Shown: positions 43,380 to 53,544 of the stretch, one piece after another
How the letters are laid out: each line of letters begins with the position of its first letter
How positions within the stretch are numbered: the stretch's first letter is position 1
Assembly (NCBI GenBank): GCA_963777955.1
Contig: CAVZSQ010000017.1
Span: 32,001-96,000 of the forward strand
Origin: Calditrichia bacterium
Lineage (GTDB): Bacteria; Calditrichota; Calditrichia; JAJRVZ01
Length of the DNA stretch: 64,000 nt
Direction of reading: 5' to 3'
Position numbers and translations under genes: made by a program
Notes under the pieces: generated by a model
Database searches by the model: none
What the model was told of the DNA's origin: nothing
The model's input: the letters and a program-made list of their open reading frames with translations, nothing else

Positions 43380-46300
43380 TCAGGAACAACCCATCGAATT
43401 ACCACAATTCAAACAGCGATAACAGGCGCCGTTACGGACCGTGATATGCCCGCAGATATCGCAGGGCGGAGCGTCGCTGTCCAAATCAGCCAGGAAATTA
43501 TCCAGTTCCGGCTGTCCCTTGGTATGGATCTTGGTTATTTCAGCACGTTCTTCAATATCCTTGGCCACATCATATGCGGTATCATCGGCAGCAGTAGGGG
43601 GCATCTGGGCCAGATCACTGCGTCCCAGATAATCAATGGCCAGAATACGGAATATAAAGTCAAGCACCGAGGTCGCATTGCGTACACTGGGATGATCGGT
43701 AAAACCGGAAGGATCAAAACGGGTATAAATGAACTTTTCTACAAATTTCTCCAGAGGTACGCCGTACTGCAAGCCCAGGCTGACAGCGACGGCGAAACAG
43801 TTCAACAGGCTTTTGTATGATGCGCCTGCTTTGAACATGTCGATAAAGATTTCTCCGAGTTCCTTATTTTCGTATTCGCCGGTTCTGAAAAATATTTTCT
43901 GCCCGCCGATATTGGCCGCATAATTGAAACCTTTTCTTTTACTGGGCAGGCTGATTTTATCACCGCGGGGAATAACATTTTTCAAAGCCTCCCGGATCAG
44001 CGCCTCGGTTTTAGCCGCCATTTCCTCTTCTTTTTCATCGTTTTCCAGTGCACCGGTACTGAGCGGCTGCGAACCCTTGGAACCATCACGGTAAATGGCG
44101 ATGGCTTTCAAACCCATCTTCCACGATTCCATGTATATCCGGCGAATATCATCGACGGAACTATCCTTGGGCATATTTACGGTCTTGGAAATCGCTCCTG
44201 ATAAGAAAGGCTGAACAGCGGCCATCATCCGCACATGCCCCATCGCTTCAATATAACGACGGCCGTTACCGCATTTGTTAGCCGTATCAAAGATGGCGTA
44301 GTGCAGCGGATCTAAATGGGGAGCACCTTCAATAGTTTCCGTTCCATTAATATAGATCAGGCTCTGTTTTATTTGCTCCTCCTGCAGACCTTTCTTCTTT
44401 AATTCAGCAGGATTAACGTGCCGGGTAAAGTCATTGAGGGAACGGGTTCGCTCGACATCAGATTGCGCTTCCAGGATTTGCTTTTCAGTATAACCGAGTT
44501 TTTTCAGCGCCTCCGGATTCAAATAAGGCGCCTGGTCCAGTGAATCATGACCCAGTACATAAGATATGATATCCAGGATCTCGTCATTATTATAACCAAG
44601 ATTCTTCAGGGCCCGGGGTAACGATTGATTGATGATTTTAAAGTAACCCCCACCTGCTAATTTTTTCCATTTGACCAGGGCAAAATCCGGTTCGACGCCG
44701 GTTGTATCACAATCCATCAACAAACCAATTGTCCCGGTGGGAGCCAGCACGGTGGCCTGGGCGTTCCGGTAGCCGAATGATTTACCGGATTCAATTGCTT
44801 TATCCCAATCCTCAACCGCGGCAGCCAGCAAATATTCAGGGCAGGTTTTACGATCAACCGCTTCCAGGGACTGGCGGTGTTTCAGCATCACCTGCAGCAT
44901 GGATTCGCGATTAAGGGAAAATCCGTTGAAGGCCCCTTTTACTTTGGCTATTTCGGAGGAAACATGGTAGGCCTGACCGGTCATAATCGCTGTAATCGCA
45001 GCCGCCTGAGCCCGTCCCTGCGCGCTATCGTAGGGAATGCCCTGCACCATTAATAAGGTACCAAGATTGGCATAGCCCAAACCCAGGGGTCGATAATCAT
45101 GACTATTCTGAGCAATCCGTTCAGTCGGATAGGAAGAAAGATCAACCAGGATTTCCTGGGCAATAAACAACATCCGGCAGGTGTGCCTGAATCCTTCCAC
45201 ATCAAAAGTACCATCCTCGTCCTGATATTTGATCAGATTGGCCGAAGCCAGGTTACAGGCCGTATTATCCAGGAACATGTACTCGGAACACGGATTCGAG
45301 GCATTGATCTGAGCGGTAGTGGAACAGGTGTGCCAGCGATTAATGGTATCATGAAATTGTAATCCGGGATCAGCGGTAGCCCAGGCTGCTTTGCATATTT
45401 CATCCATCAATTCGGAAGCTTTATAGCTATTAGCCACCTGGCCATTCATGCGATAGTGCGTTTCCCAGGTATTATTATTTTCAACCGCCCGCAGGAATTG
45501 ATCAAATACCCGTACGGAGTTATTTGAATTCTGTCCTGAAACTGTCCGGTAGGCCTCGCCATTAAAATCGGCCGGGAAACCGGATTTGATCAGTATTTTG
45601 GCTTTATCTTCTTCGCGAACTTTCCAGCGGATAAAATCTATTATCTCCGGATGGTCAACATTTAAAATCACCATTTTGGCAGCACGACGTGTGGTGCCTC
45701 CTGATTTGGTGGCAGCTGCTCCTTTATCTAAAACTTCTAAAAAGGAGATCAGGCCGGAAGAAGTTCCGCCGCCGCTCAGTTTTTCATCCTTACTGCGCAG
45801 TACGGAAAAATTGGTGCCCGTACCGGAACCGAACTTAAATAATTTGGCTTCGGTCTTGACCAGATCAAAAATGGAAATTAAATCATCATCCACCGAGTTG
45901 ATGAAACATGCAGATCCCTGCGGATGTGAAAAGGAGTCTTTTGTTTCCTGAATGGTATTAGTGTCCGGATCCCAGTAATAATTTCCGCCGTTGCCTTTGA
46001 TACCGTACTGATGAAACAAACCCACATTGAACCAGACCGGTGAATTGAAGGCTCCATGCTGGTTAATCAGTATGTAAGAAAGTTCCGCTTCAAAAATATC
46101 CGCATCATCTGTTGCAGCAAAATAATTTTGCTCTTCGCCATACTCCCGGATAGTATGTACGATTCTATGGACCACTTGTCTGGCCGACATTTCGTAACCG
46201 GTTTCGGGAACACCGGCGCGCCGGCAGTATTTTGAAGCTAAAATATCGGTGGCTAACTGCGACCAGGTTTTAGGGACTTCGATGTTTTTCAATTCAAATA

Positions 46301-46526
46301 CTACTTCACCCGTCGGTTCCGTGATCCGCGAAGTCCGCCGTTCATATTCAATCGTATCGAGGGGATTAATATTCTTCTGGGTATACAATCGCCGCAGGCT
46401 CAAGCCCTTTTCAAGATATTTTTCCATGGCTGAATTAGCCTTCTGCGCTGACGATTTCCCCCGGGTGGTCACCTTTTCCTTGCTATCTGCAGCAAACAAA
46501 TCCATAATCGTAGACTTGGTAGCCAT
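43380..46526 (-). CDS. nrdJ: Class II (adenosylcobalamin-dependent) ribonucleotide reductase
   Basis: 'FNSPVWFN', 'SACFI', 'SNPCSEY', 'APTGTI', 'ISKTVN', 'YRDGSK'; C-terminal CxxC...CxxC...GCS. Confidence 0.95.
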   Translation of the reverse strand: MATKSTIMDLFAADSKEKVTTRGKSSAQKANSAMEKYLEKGLSLRRLYTQKNINPLDTIEYERRTSRITEPTGEVVFELKNIEVPKTWSQLATDILASKYCRRAGVPETGYEMSARQVVHRIVHTIREYGEEQNYFAATDDADIFEAELSYILINQHGAFNSPVWFNVGLFHQYGIKGNGGNYYWDPDTNTIQETKDSFSHPQGSACFINSVDDDLISIFDLVKTEAKLFKFGSGTGTNFSVLRSKDEKLSGGGTSSGLISFLEVLDKGAAATKSGGTTRRAAKMVILNVDHPEIIDFIRWKVREEDKAKILIKSGFPADFNGEAYRTVSGQNSNNSVRVFDQFLRAVENNNTWETHYRMNGQVANSYKASELMDEICKAAWATADPGLQFHDTINRWHTCSTTAQINASNPCSEYMFLDNTACNLASANLIKYQDEDGTFDVEGFRHTCRMLFIAQEILVDLSSYPTERIAQNSHDYRPLGLGYANLGTLLMVQGIPYDSAQGRAQAAAITAIMTGQAYHVSSEIAKVKGAFNGFSLNRESMLQVMLKHRQSLEAVDRKTCPEYLLAAAVEDWDKAIESGKSFGYRNAQATVLAPTGTIGLLMDCDTTGVEPDFALVKWKKLAGGGYFKIINQSLPRALKNLGYNNDEILDIISYVLGHDSLDQAPYLNPEALKKLGYTEKQILEAQSDVERTRSLNDFTRHVNPAELKKKGLQEEQIKQSLIYINGTETIEGAPHLDPLHYAIFDTANKCGNGRRYIEAMGHVRMMAAVQPFLSGAISKTVNMPKDSSVDDIRRIYMESWKMGLKAIAIYRDGSKGSQPLSTGALENDEKEEEMAAKTEALIREALKNVIPRGDKISLPSKRKGFNYAANIGGQKIFFRTGEYENKELGEIFIDMFKAGASYKSLLNCFAVAVSLGLQYGVPLEKFVEKFIYTRFDPSGFTDHPSVRNATSVLDFIFRILAIDYLGRSDLAQMPPTAADDTAYDVAKDIEERAEITKIHTKGQPELDNFLADLDSDAPPCDICGHITVRNGACYRCLNCGNSMGCS

Positions 46527-46855
46527 AGAAAAATTACCCCCTTAATATAAAAAAAATATTTATGAGAAGTATGTAAATAATTGTTTAGTTTTGTGACAAA
46601 TTATGTAACAAAAGTGAAAATTATTATATTCCCACCCTCAAACAAATCAACCAAATATACTAAATTTTTAATATGTCACCAGAAAATATTTCAATTATTT
46701 TTAAGCACCTTAACTCGTTAAATATCAGTATATTATAAAAGCCTTAATAAAGCAGAATCGCTAATTCCCGCATCAGCAGCAGAAATGCAGACATTCGACT
46801 AATGAAAGCCTCTTTACAAGCGGTTTGGCAGGATTTTATCTTGAGTAGGATTTTT

Positions 46856-47227
46856 CTATTGTGAGCTGTACTTAGTCTGAATTTCTCTTAAACGCTCCAG
46901 GCTGCGGATGGAATTATAATTTCGTCCTTTGCCGAAGGCACTGAACTGCGCACCGATCATACAATCGCGGACTGGTGCTTTCTCATCTGTCCACTTCACA
47001 CTACCCAACAAACGTATTATTTTTTCACCAGGTATAAGAATATCAACACATAACGGTTCGCCACGGTTTAATCTTCTATCCGATCTGAAACAAATGCCGC
47101 TTTTAGTGATGTTATATAACTCCATAGGCTTAGAAAATCGCTCAAAAAAACCAAGCTTGTTTCTTTTTCTGAATATGACCAGGGCCCCTGGAATGTGAAT
47201 CCGATCGAATGCTCTCTGATCTCCCAT
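46856..47227 (-). CDS. Stand-alone PilZ domain protein
   Basis: RxxxR 'QRAFDR', 'NITKSG', 'G.VKW', 'IGAQF'. Confidence 0.75.
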   Translation of the reverse strand: MGDQRAFDRIHIPGALVIFRKRNKLGFFERFSKPMELYNITKSGICFRSDRRLNRGEPLCVDILIPGEKIIRLLGSVKWTDEKAPVRDCMIGAQFSAFGKGRNYNSIRSLERLREIQTKYSSQ

Positions 47228-47318
47228 GATCCTGCTGAGTTAGCTCAATAACTTATTAATCTGAATCGCTTAAAATTAGTTTCTGATTTTAAATCTGCAA
47301 AAATAGCACCACAAATGA

Positions 47319-47334
47319 TGTGACCATTATCACG
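47319..47334. promoter_or_regulatory. CRP/FNR-family-like site
   Basis: TGTGA-ccatta-TCACG in the divergent PilZ/MFS intergenic region. Confidence 0.3.
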
Positions 47335-47520
47335 ATTGCATAATGTTCAGTCAACGTCCGTGTACTCTGCCTAGTCAAACAAAAATCTAAGACTTATTTT
47401 ACTATTTCACAATTAAAATATTATTTCGTAAGATTAAATCATTGCCGAATTTGTGATCAAAACGATTTAGCATGGCACTAAATTCCTGTTAGCAGCTATC
47501 AGTTTAAGAAAGGTTTCGTT

Positions 47521-48912
47521 ATGAATGATCAGCCTAAAGAAAGACCGGCCCTGTTCCGCTGGGTAATTTTATTTTTTGTCAGCCTGGCCATGTTCGGAAA
47601 CTATTATGTCTATGATAGTATCAGCCCTCTGGCGGATTTACTGCTCAAACAGTTAAATTTCTCCGATGCCAATATCGGCACACTGAATGCGATTTACAGC
47701 ATACCGAATATTTTTATGGTTCTGATCGGCGGTTTAATCATCGACCGCCTCGGTACCAGAAGATCCACTCTGCTTTTTTCTTCTTTATGCCTGATCGGCG
47801 CTGTCGTGACCTCTGCCTCTGCCCAGTTATCGGTTATGATTACCGGCAGATTAATATTTGGTCTGGGTGCGGAATCTTTAATCGTGGCAATTACCACTGT
47901 GATTGCCAATTGGTTCAAAGGCAAAGAACTTTCTTTTGCCTTCGGTTTAAACCTTACGGTCGCCCGCCTGGGATCATTTGCCGCGCTCAATTCCCCTACC
48001 TGGGCCCGGGCTTATTATCAGACCTGGCAGGGACCCCTGTTTATCAGTGTGGTCACGGCGATCATTTCTGTTATCGCGGTTATTATTTATGTTCTGCTTG
48101 ACTATCAAAGCAGCAGAAAATATCAGCAGAAAATAAAAAAGCCCCAGGATAAAATCGACCTGCGCTCCGCTCTAAAATTCAATCTCTCTTTCTGGCTGAT
48201 CACTTTGTTATGCGTGACCTTTTATTCCGGTATTTTTCCATTTCAGACTTTCGCGGTTAAATTTTTTATCCAGAAACATTTTGTCACCATCCCCGAAGAT
48301 TTCGCCCGATCCATGGGTGGATTTTTGTCCAGCCTGCTGACTCTGTCGGCAATGATCCTGACTCCGCTGTTCGGATTATTAACCGATAAAATCGGCAAAC
48401 GGGCCACCCTGATGATGGTTGGATCCATCATGATTATGCCGGTATATTTAATATTGAATTATGTCATCGTAAATCCCACAATCCCCCCGGAATTACTGGC
48501 CACCTCCTTAAGCAGCACTGAACCACTCTCACTCGGGAGCGCCGTTTATGCCAACCTGGTCTATTTTATGAACATGATTAAAATCTTATTCACTTATTTC
48601 CCCAACCTGGTAATACCGATGCTGGTCATGGGAATTTCTTTTTCATTGATTCCCGCTGTAATGTGGCCATCTGTAGCCTATATTGTCGAAGAATCAAGAC
48701 TCGGTACCGCCTATGGTTTAATGACGATGATCCAGAATATCGGCCTGGCTGGATTTAATCTGCTGATTGGCTGGAGCAACGATCTGAGCGGGGATTATAC
48801 CGCGGGAATGATAATTTTTTCTACGCTGGGTTTCATCGGCCTGACCTTTGCCTGGTTACTAAGACAACGGGAACTCGGCATTCATGGTCATGGCCTGGAA
48901 AAACGTATCTAA
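47521..48912 (+). CDS. MFS transporter
   Basis: About 12 TM segments; 'GG.IIDRLG.R' and 'G.LTDKIGKR' motif A; 'GRLIFGLGAE'. Confidence 0.9.
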   Translation: MNDQPKERPALFRWVILFFVSLAMFGNYYVYDSISPLADLLLKQLNFSDANIGTLNAIYSIPNIFMVLIGGLIIDRLGTRRSTLLFSSLCLIGAVVTSASAQLSVMITGRLIFGLGAESLIVAITTVIANWFKGKELSFAFGLNLTVARLGSFAALNSPTWARAYYQTWQGPLFISVVTAIISVIAVIIYVLLDYQSSRKYQQKIKKPQDKIDLRSALKFNLSFWLITLLCVTFYSGIFPFQTFAVKFFIQKHFVTIPEDFARSMGGFLSSLLTLSAMILTPLFGLLTDKIGKRATLMMVGSIMIMPVYLILNYVIVNPTIPPELLATSLSSTEPLSLGSAVYANLVYFMNMIKILFTYFPNLVIPMLVMGISFSLIPAVMWPSVAYIVEESRLGTAYGLMTMIQNIGLAGFNLLIGWSNDLSGDYTAGMIIFSTLGFIGLTFAWLLRQRELGIHGHGLEKRI

Positions 48913-48923
48913 CAGAGTTGCTG

Positions 48924-49700
48924 ATGGCTGGATTGTCAGGACCAAAAGAAGCAGAGTTCAGATTCTATGAAGAATTAAACGATTTCCTGCCCGAAGTCAG
49001 AAAGAAGAAAACTTTTACTTATGCATTCCGGGGAAAACCCGCCATTAAAGACGCGATAGAAGCACTCGGCGTGCCCCACACTGAAGTCGACCTGATTCTG
49101 GTCAATGGTAAATCAGTTCGCTTTGATTACCATTTACAACCGGCCGACCATGTTTCGGTTTATCCGCTATTTGAAAGCCTGGATATCACCCCGCTGCTAA
49201 AACTTCGTCCGGCACCTCTAAGGCAACAGCGGCAGCTGCTGCGCTTAAAATTTATTCTGGATGTGCACCTGGGGAAACTGGCCCGCTTGCTGCGCATGCT
49301 GGGTTTTGATGCTCTCTACCACAAAGACTATAACGATGACGAAATACGAGCTATCTCCTTAAAAGAAAGGAGGACCATACTCACCCGCGATCAAGATTTG
49401 TTAAAAGCGAAAATAGTTACTCACGGTTACTGGCTCCGTTCGACAACTCCATTGGAACAGGTGATTGAAATCGTCCGGCGTTTCGATCTGAAGTCCGGCA
49501 TCAAACCATTCGTCCGCTGTCTGGCTTGTAACGGTCTTATTAAAAAAATAAATAAAACTAAAATAGTACCCCCGTTACCCGAAGGTGTTCTAAGTTATTA
49601 TCAGGAATTCTTCCGCTGTTCAAATTGTAAGAAGATTTACTGGCAGGGCTCACATTTCCGGAAAATGAAGGAAAAAATTTCGCTGATAATCCGGGATTAA
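48924..49700 (+). CDS. Mut7-C RNase (PIN) with N-terminal ubiquitin-like domain
   Basis: 'FRFYEELNDFL', 'GVPHTEVD', 'DVHLGKLAR.LR.LGFD', 'LTRD', CxxC...CxxC, 'YWQGSH'. Confidence 0.9.
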   Translation: MAGLSGPKEAEFRFYEELNDFLPEVRKKKTFTYAFRGKPAIKDAIEALGVPHTEVDLILVNGKSVRFDYHLQPADHVSVYPLFESLDITPLLKLRPAPLRQQRQLLRLKFILDVHLGKLARLLRMLGFDALYHKDYNDDEIRAISLKERRTILTRDQDLLKAKIVTHGYWLRSTTPLEQVIEIVRRFDLKSGIKPFVRCLACNGLIKKINKTKIVPPLPEGVLSYYQEFFRCSNCKKIYWQGSHFRKMKEKISLIIRD

Positions 49701-49819
49701 TTTCCCGCGAATTATACGTTGAGTTTATAGTCCATAACAATTTTATATTTCAGTAAAATAGAGTACATTCAGCCACAAAAAAATTCTGTGCAATCAGCAA
49801 CTCAAAGACGGGGTGATCA

Positions 49820-51454
49820 ATGAAACTTTCCAGCAGAACTACTCTGGCTATACTTTTTCTGAGTTCCCTGCCACTGGCACTGCTTTTCCTGCCAATGGCC
49901 GCTGCCCAATCAATGTCCGATAAAAACCGACCCGACTGGGTGGGCGGACGCCCGGATGGATGCACCTCCATAACAGTCGGCAAACAGGCTACGGCCGATG
50001 GCTCGGTGATAACTTCACACACCTGCGACAGCCATCGCACCGAGGGAAGCCTGAATATAGTGCCGGCCCGGACATATAAAACAGGAACCTGGCAAACACT
50101 GCTCAAACGAACGAATGATGATTCGCTGGCCATGCCGGCCTATAAATATGTTCCCAGCGGCCGCATTGAACAACCGCCGCAAACCTTCGGCTATATTAAT
50201 ACCGCCTATCCTTGTATGAACGATCAACAACTGGCCATCGGTGAATCCACCTTCGGCGGCCGTTCTTCCCTGCAATCACCTAAAGGCCTGATTGATTGTC
50301 AACAACTGGTCCGCCTGATGATCGAACGCTGCAGTACCGCCAGAGAGGCTATTGAGCTGGCCGATCAATTAACCCGCCAATATGGCTGGAGTGACGAAGG
50401 GGAATGCTTGACGATCGCTGATAAAAATGAGGTCTGGCATCTGGAAATCGTCGGCTGCGGCCCGGAACGGGCCGGGGCCATTTGGGCCGCCCAGCGGGTA
50501 CCCGACGATCACATCTCCGTCAATGCCAATGCCAGCCGCATCAGGCAGATCAGTTTGGAAAAGCCCGATTATTTCATGGCCTCCGCAAATATTTTCCAGG
50601 TTGCCCAGGACAGCGGCTGGTGGAATCCGGCCGGAGGTCCCTTTGAATTTTGTTATGCTTATGACCCGCAGGGCCGGACCTCTTTCGCCGCGCGACGCCG
50701 GGAATGGCGGGTTCTGTCACTGGCTGCCCCCTCCCTGAAATTGGATGCCAATGCCGAAAATTTTCCCTTTTCGGTCAAACCAGATTCCCTGATCACCTTG
50801 CCAAAACTGGTCAGGATCTTTCAGGATTATTATGAAGGAACAGACTATAATTTTATTAAGGACCTTACCTGGATTAATGACAAAGGTCAAACCGAGATTT
50901 CACCCCTGGCTAATCCTTTTATGCCTTATGATATGAATAAACTTTTCCGGATTAACGGTGGTTGGGGCTGGCTGGGCGAGCGGACCATTGCCCGCTGGTA
51001 CACGATGTATGCTACCATCACCCAGTCGCGCAGTTGGCTGCCCGATCCGATCGGTGGTGTAGTCTGGCTGGCCTGGGATAATGTGGCTACTTCAATTTAT
51101 ATTCCGTTGTACTGCAGCATTAAGGATGTTTCCAGTTCTTACAAAACACCCGCCCGGGTTAAAGGTTTCACCCGCGATTCGGCCTGGTGGGCCTTTAATC
51201 ATTTAGGTACGCTGGCTGCTCAGCGCTGGGGGGATATGCGCCATGACGTCAGCAAAGTCTGGCAGCCCTGGCAACAAGAACTATTTGTACAGCAACCACG
51301 GATTGAAGCGCAGGCGCTGCTGCTTTACCAGCAAAAACCCGACCGGGCCAAAACTTACCTGACCAGTTATGCCCGGGAATGGGGCGATAAAGTGGTGCAA
51401 CGGGCCTGGAAATTGGGGGAAGAATTGTGGACAAAATATGATGAAAAATTTTAA
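49820..51454 (+). CDS. C69 family dipeptidase (secreted)
   Basis: Signal peptide; N-terminal nucleophile 'G-CTSI.VG..AT.DGS'; 'GESTF', 'WAAQRVPDD', 'SAWWAF'. Confidence 0.88.
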   Translation: MKLSSRTTLAILFLSSLPLALLFLPMAAAQSMSDKNRPDWVGGRPDGCTSITVGKQATADGSVITSHTCDSHRTEGSLNIVPARTYKTGTWQTLLKRTNDDSLAMPAYKYVPSGRIEQPPQTFGYINTAYPCMNDQQLAIGESTFGGRSSLQSPKGLIDCQQLVRLMIERCSTAREAIELADQLTRQYGWSDEGECLTIADKNEVWHLEIVGCGPERAGAIWAAQRVPDDHISVNANASRIRQISLEKPDYFMASANIFQVAQDSGWWNPAGGPFEFCYAYDPQGRTSFAARRREWRVLSLAAPSLKLDANAENFPFSVKPDSLITLPKLVRIFQDYYEGTDYNFIKDLTWINDKGQTEISPLANPFMPYDMNKLFRINGGWGWLGERTIARWYTMYATITQSRSWLPDPIGGVVWLAWDNVATSIYIPLYCSIKDVSSSYKTPARVKGFTRDSAWWAFNHLGTLAAQRWGDMRHDVSKVWQPWQQELFVQQPRIEAQALLLYQQKPDRAKTYLTSYAREWGDKVVQRAWKLGEELWTKYDEKF

Positions 51455-51473
51455 GTGCTCCTTATAAATAATT

Positions 51474-51488
51474 TGGCATGAAAATTGA
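51474..51488 (+). promoter_or_regulatory. Sigma54-like promoter candidate
   Basis: TGGCATG-AAAA-TTGA (-12 variant) with correct -24/-12 spacing. Confidence 0.4.
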
Positions 51489-51500
51489 CCCGATGTTTTC

Positions 51501-52340
51501 ATGCATCGGTTCAAAAATAAATGCCCCGGTTTTCACCTCGGCTTTCTCTATTACTTTACTCTGTTATTATCGAGCACCTGTCCGGCAGCTTTTGATTTCA
51601 TCGGAGTCGGGGCTGAACCACTGGCACTTGGCAATGCTATGGTCGCTTACCGCTACGGTGCTTATGCTGTTTATTATAATCCCGCCTATATCAGCGCAGA
51701 GCGAAAGCCCCTGATCGAGTTGGGTTACCGGTCATTTTATGGATTATCATCCCCAAATCAGACCAGTGTTCTGTTGCAATACCCCGTCCGGAGTGTTCCC
51801 TTCGCAATTTGTTGCATTCACCTCGGGGACAGGATTTACCGCGAAATGCACCTGGCTCTGGGTAGTTCCTATACTTATCAACAGAAATTGAGAATGGGTA
51901 TCAGCCTGAATCTCTATTATTTGAACATTGTTTCCTATTCTACTGCACTCAGCGCCGGGATCAATCTGGGTTTTGCTTACCCGCTGAGTGACCGATTTAC
52001 CATGGGAGTATTGATAACCAATCTGAATCAACCTAAATTCAGCATTATAAACGAAAAACTGCCGCAGGTTTTTGTACTGGGCTGGTGTTATGATCTGCAA
52101 CAGAAGATAATCTTCTGCTGTGATTTGTTTCGCGATGTAAAATATGAACAGGACTACCGGGCCGGAGTTTTGGTTAAACTCAAAACGGCATTAACTCTGC
52201 GCTTTGGCCTGGAAGACAAAAGTAACACCTGTTCTATGGGTTTGGGATTGACCTTAAAAAGATTAAAATTTGATTATACGGTTATGCTGCACAACACCTT
52301 AGGACTGTCTCAGGCAACCTCGCTGCAACTGGCGCTATGA
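51501..52340 (+). CDS. PorV/PorQ/FadL-like outer-membrane beta-barrel
   Basis: 'GAEPLALGNA.VA......VYYNPA' N-terminal motif; amphipathic strands; 'H..LG.S' near the C-terminus. Confidence 0.65.
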   Translation: MHRFKNKCPGFHLGFLYYFTLLLSSTCPAAFDFIGVGAEPLALGNAMVAYRYGAYAVYYNPAYISAERKPLIELGYRSFYGLSSPNQTSVLLQYPVRSVPFAICCIHLGDRIYREMHLALGSSYTYQQKLRMGISLNLYYLNIVSYSTALSAGINLGFAYPLSDRFTMGVLITNLNQPKFSIINEKLPQVFVLGWCYDLQQKIIFCCDLFRDVKYEQDYRAGVLVKLKTALTLRFGLEDKSNTCSMGLGLTLKRLKFDYTVMLHNTLGLSQATSLQLAL

Positions 52341-53519
52341 TCATTATATATATTATATTGCTGTTTTTCCCGCTGGTAATTTCCGGACAAAATCCGGTCG
52401 GGGATGATATCCTGAACAATCGCCGGGCCCTGGAACAGATTAAAAATGAAATCCAATCGCTAAAAAAAGAGATTACCAAAACTGAAATTAAATCCAGTTC
52501 TGCCCTGGATCAGATCAGGATCATTGAGCGGGAATTAGCATTACTCAATAAATCCCGCCTCTTACTTATTAAAGAAGCGACTTTACTACGGCGGAAGATT
52601 GATGAAAACCAGAGACAGCTGCAGGAAAGAAAAAATAAATTGCAGCAAATCAGGGACGATTATGCCAGACAGACGCTATATAATTATAAACATGGAAAAT
52701 TAAAAGATCTGGAGATATTACTGACCGCCTCTTCTTTCAACCAGCTAATGGTTCGCTACAAATACCTGCAAATTATTACTACCCAGGAAAAGATTCAGGT
52801 GCGTACGATTTCCGCTCAAATTATCCGGATCAATCAACTTGAAGAAACCCTGAGCTCTGACCTGCGCCAGTTAAATCTGACCTTGAAGGAAAAAGAAGTG
52901 CAACAAAAAAATTACCTGGCCAAGAAAGAAGAAAAAAGAAATTTAATAACCCGGTTAAAATGGACCGGTACCAATCTGCAGCAGCGCTTGCGCGAGGCTC
53001 AGCAGGAATATGAAAAATTACAAAGTATTATTGCCACGTTGGAAAGACAACGTAATGTGCGGGAACGGGAAGGCCTGGCGGCCGGCAGCAGTGATTATGC
53101 CAAATTAAATCCGCGGAATTTTGCAGCTGAACAAAGGAAAATTTCCCTGGCCGGTAAAAGGCAAAATTCTGCATGCCTACGGCCGGCAACGTGATTTTAA
53201 ACTCAAAACCACCGTAAATAATACCGGTATCGATATACAGGCCAAAACCGGTACGGAGGTACGGGCTATTTATACCGGTATCGTCAGCATGATCACTTAT
53301 CTCTCGGGCTACGGTAATACTATTATTGTTGATCATGGCGACGGTTACTATTCTGTTTACTCGCATCTTGATGAAATCTATGTGGAGCAAGACCGTCTGG
53401 TAGATTCTGGTTCTGTAATCGCCTCGGTGGGTGATTCCGGTTCCTTGGAAGGATCAATGTTACACTTTGCCGTATTTGTCAATCAACAAACCGAGAATCC
53501 GGAATCCTGGTTAAAATAA
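52337..53519 (+). CDS. envC: EnvC-like murein hydrolase activator (coiled coil + degenerate M23; frameshift near 53120)
   Basis: Long coiled coil; 'KGKFPWPVKG', 'NTGIDI', 'IIVDHG', 'LHFAV'. Confidence 0.8.
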
Positions 53520-53544
53520 CCAGCCGGAGCGGAGGTTTTCACTG

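Noticed and set aside
43380..46526. Intein or intron in nrdJ
   Set aside because: Continuous ORF with no splice-junction or homing-endonuclease motifs; the length is explained by normal insertions and the C-terminal domain.
47472..47490. Sigma54 promoter upstream of the MFS gene (TGGCAC)
   Set aside because: No TTGC-like -12 element at the required spacing.
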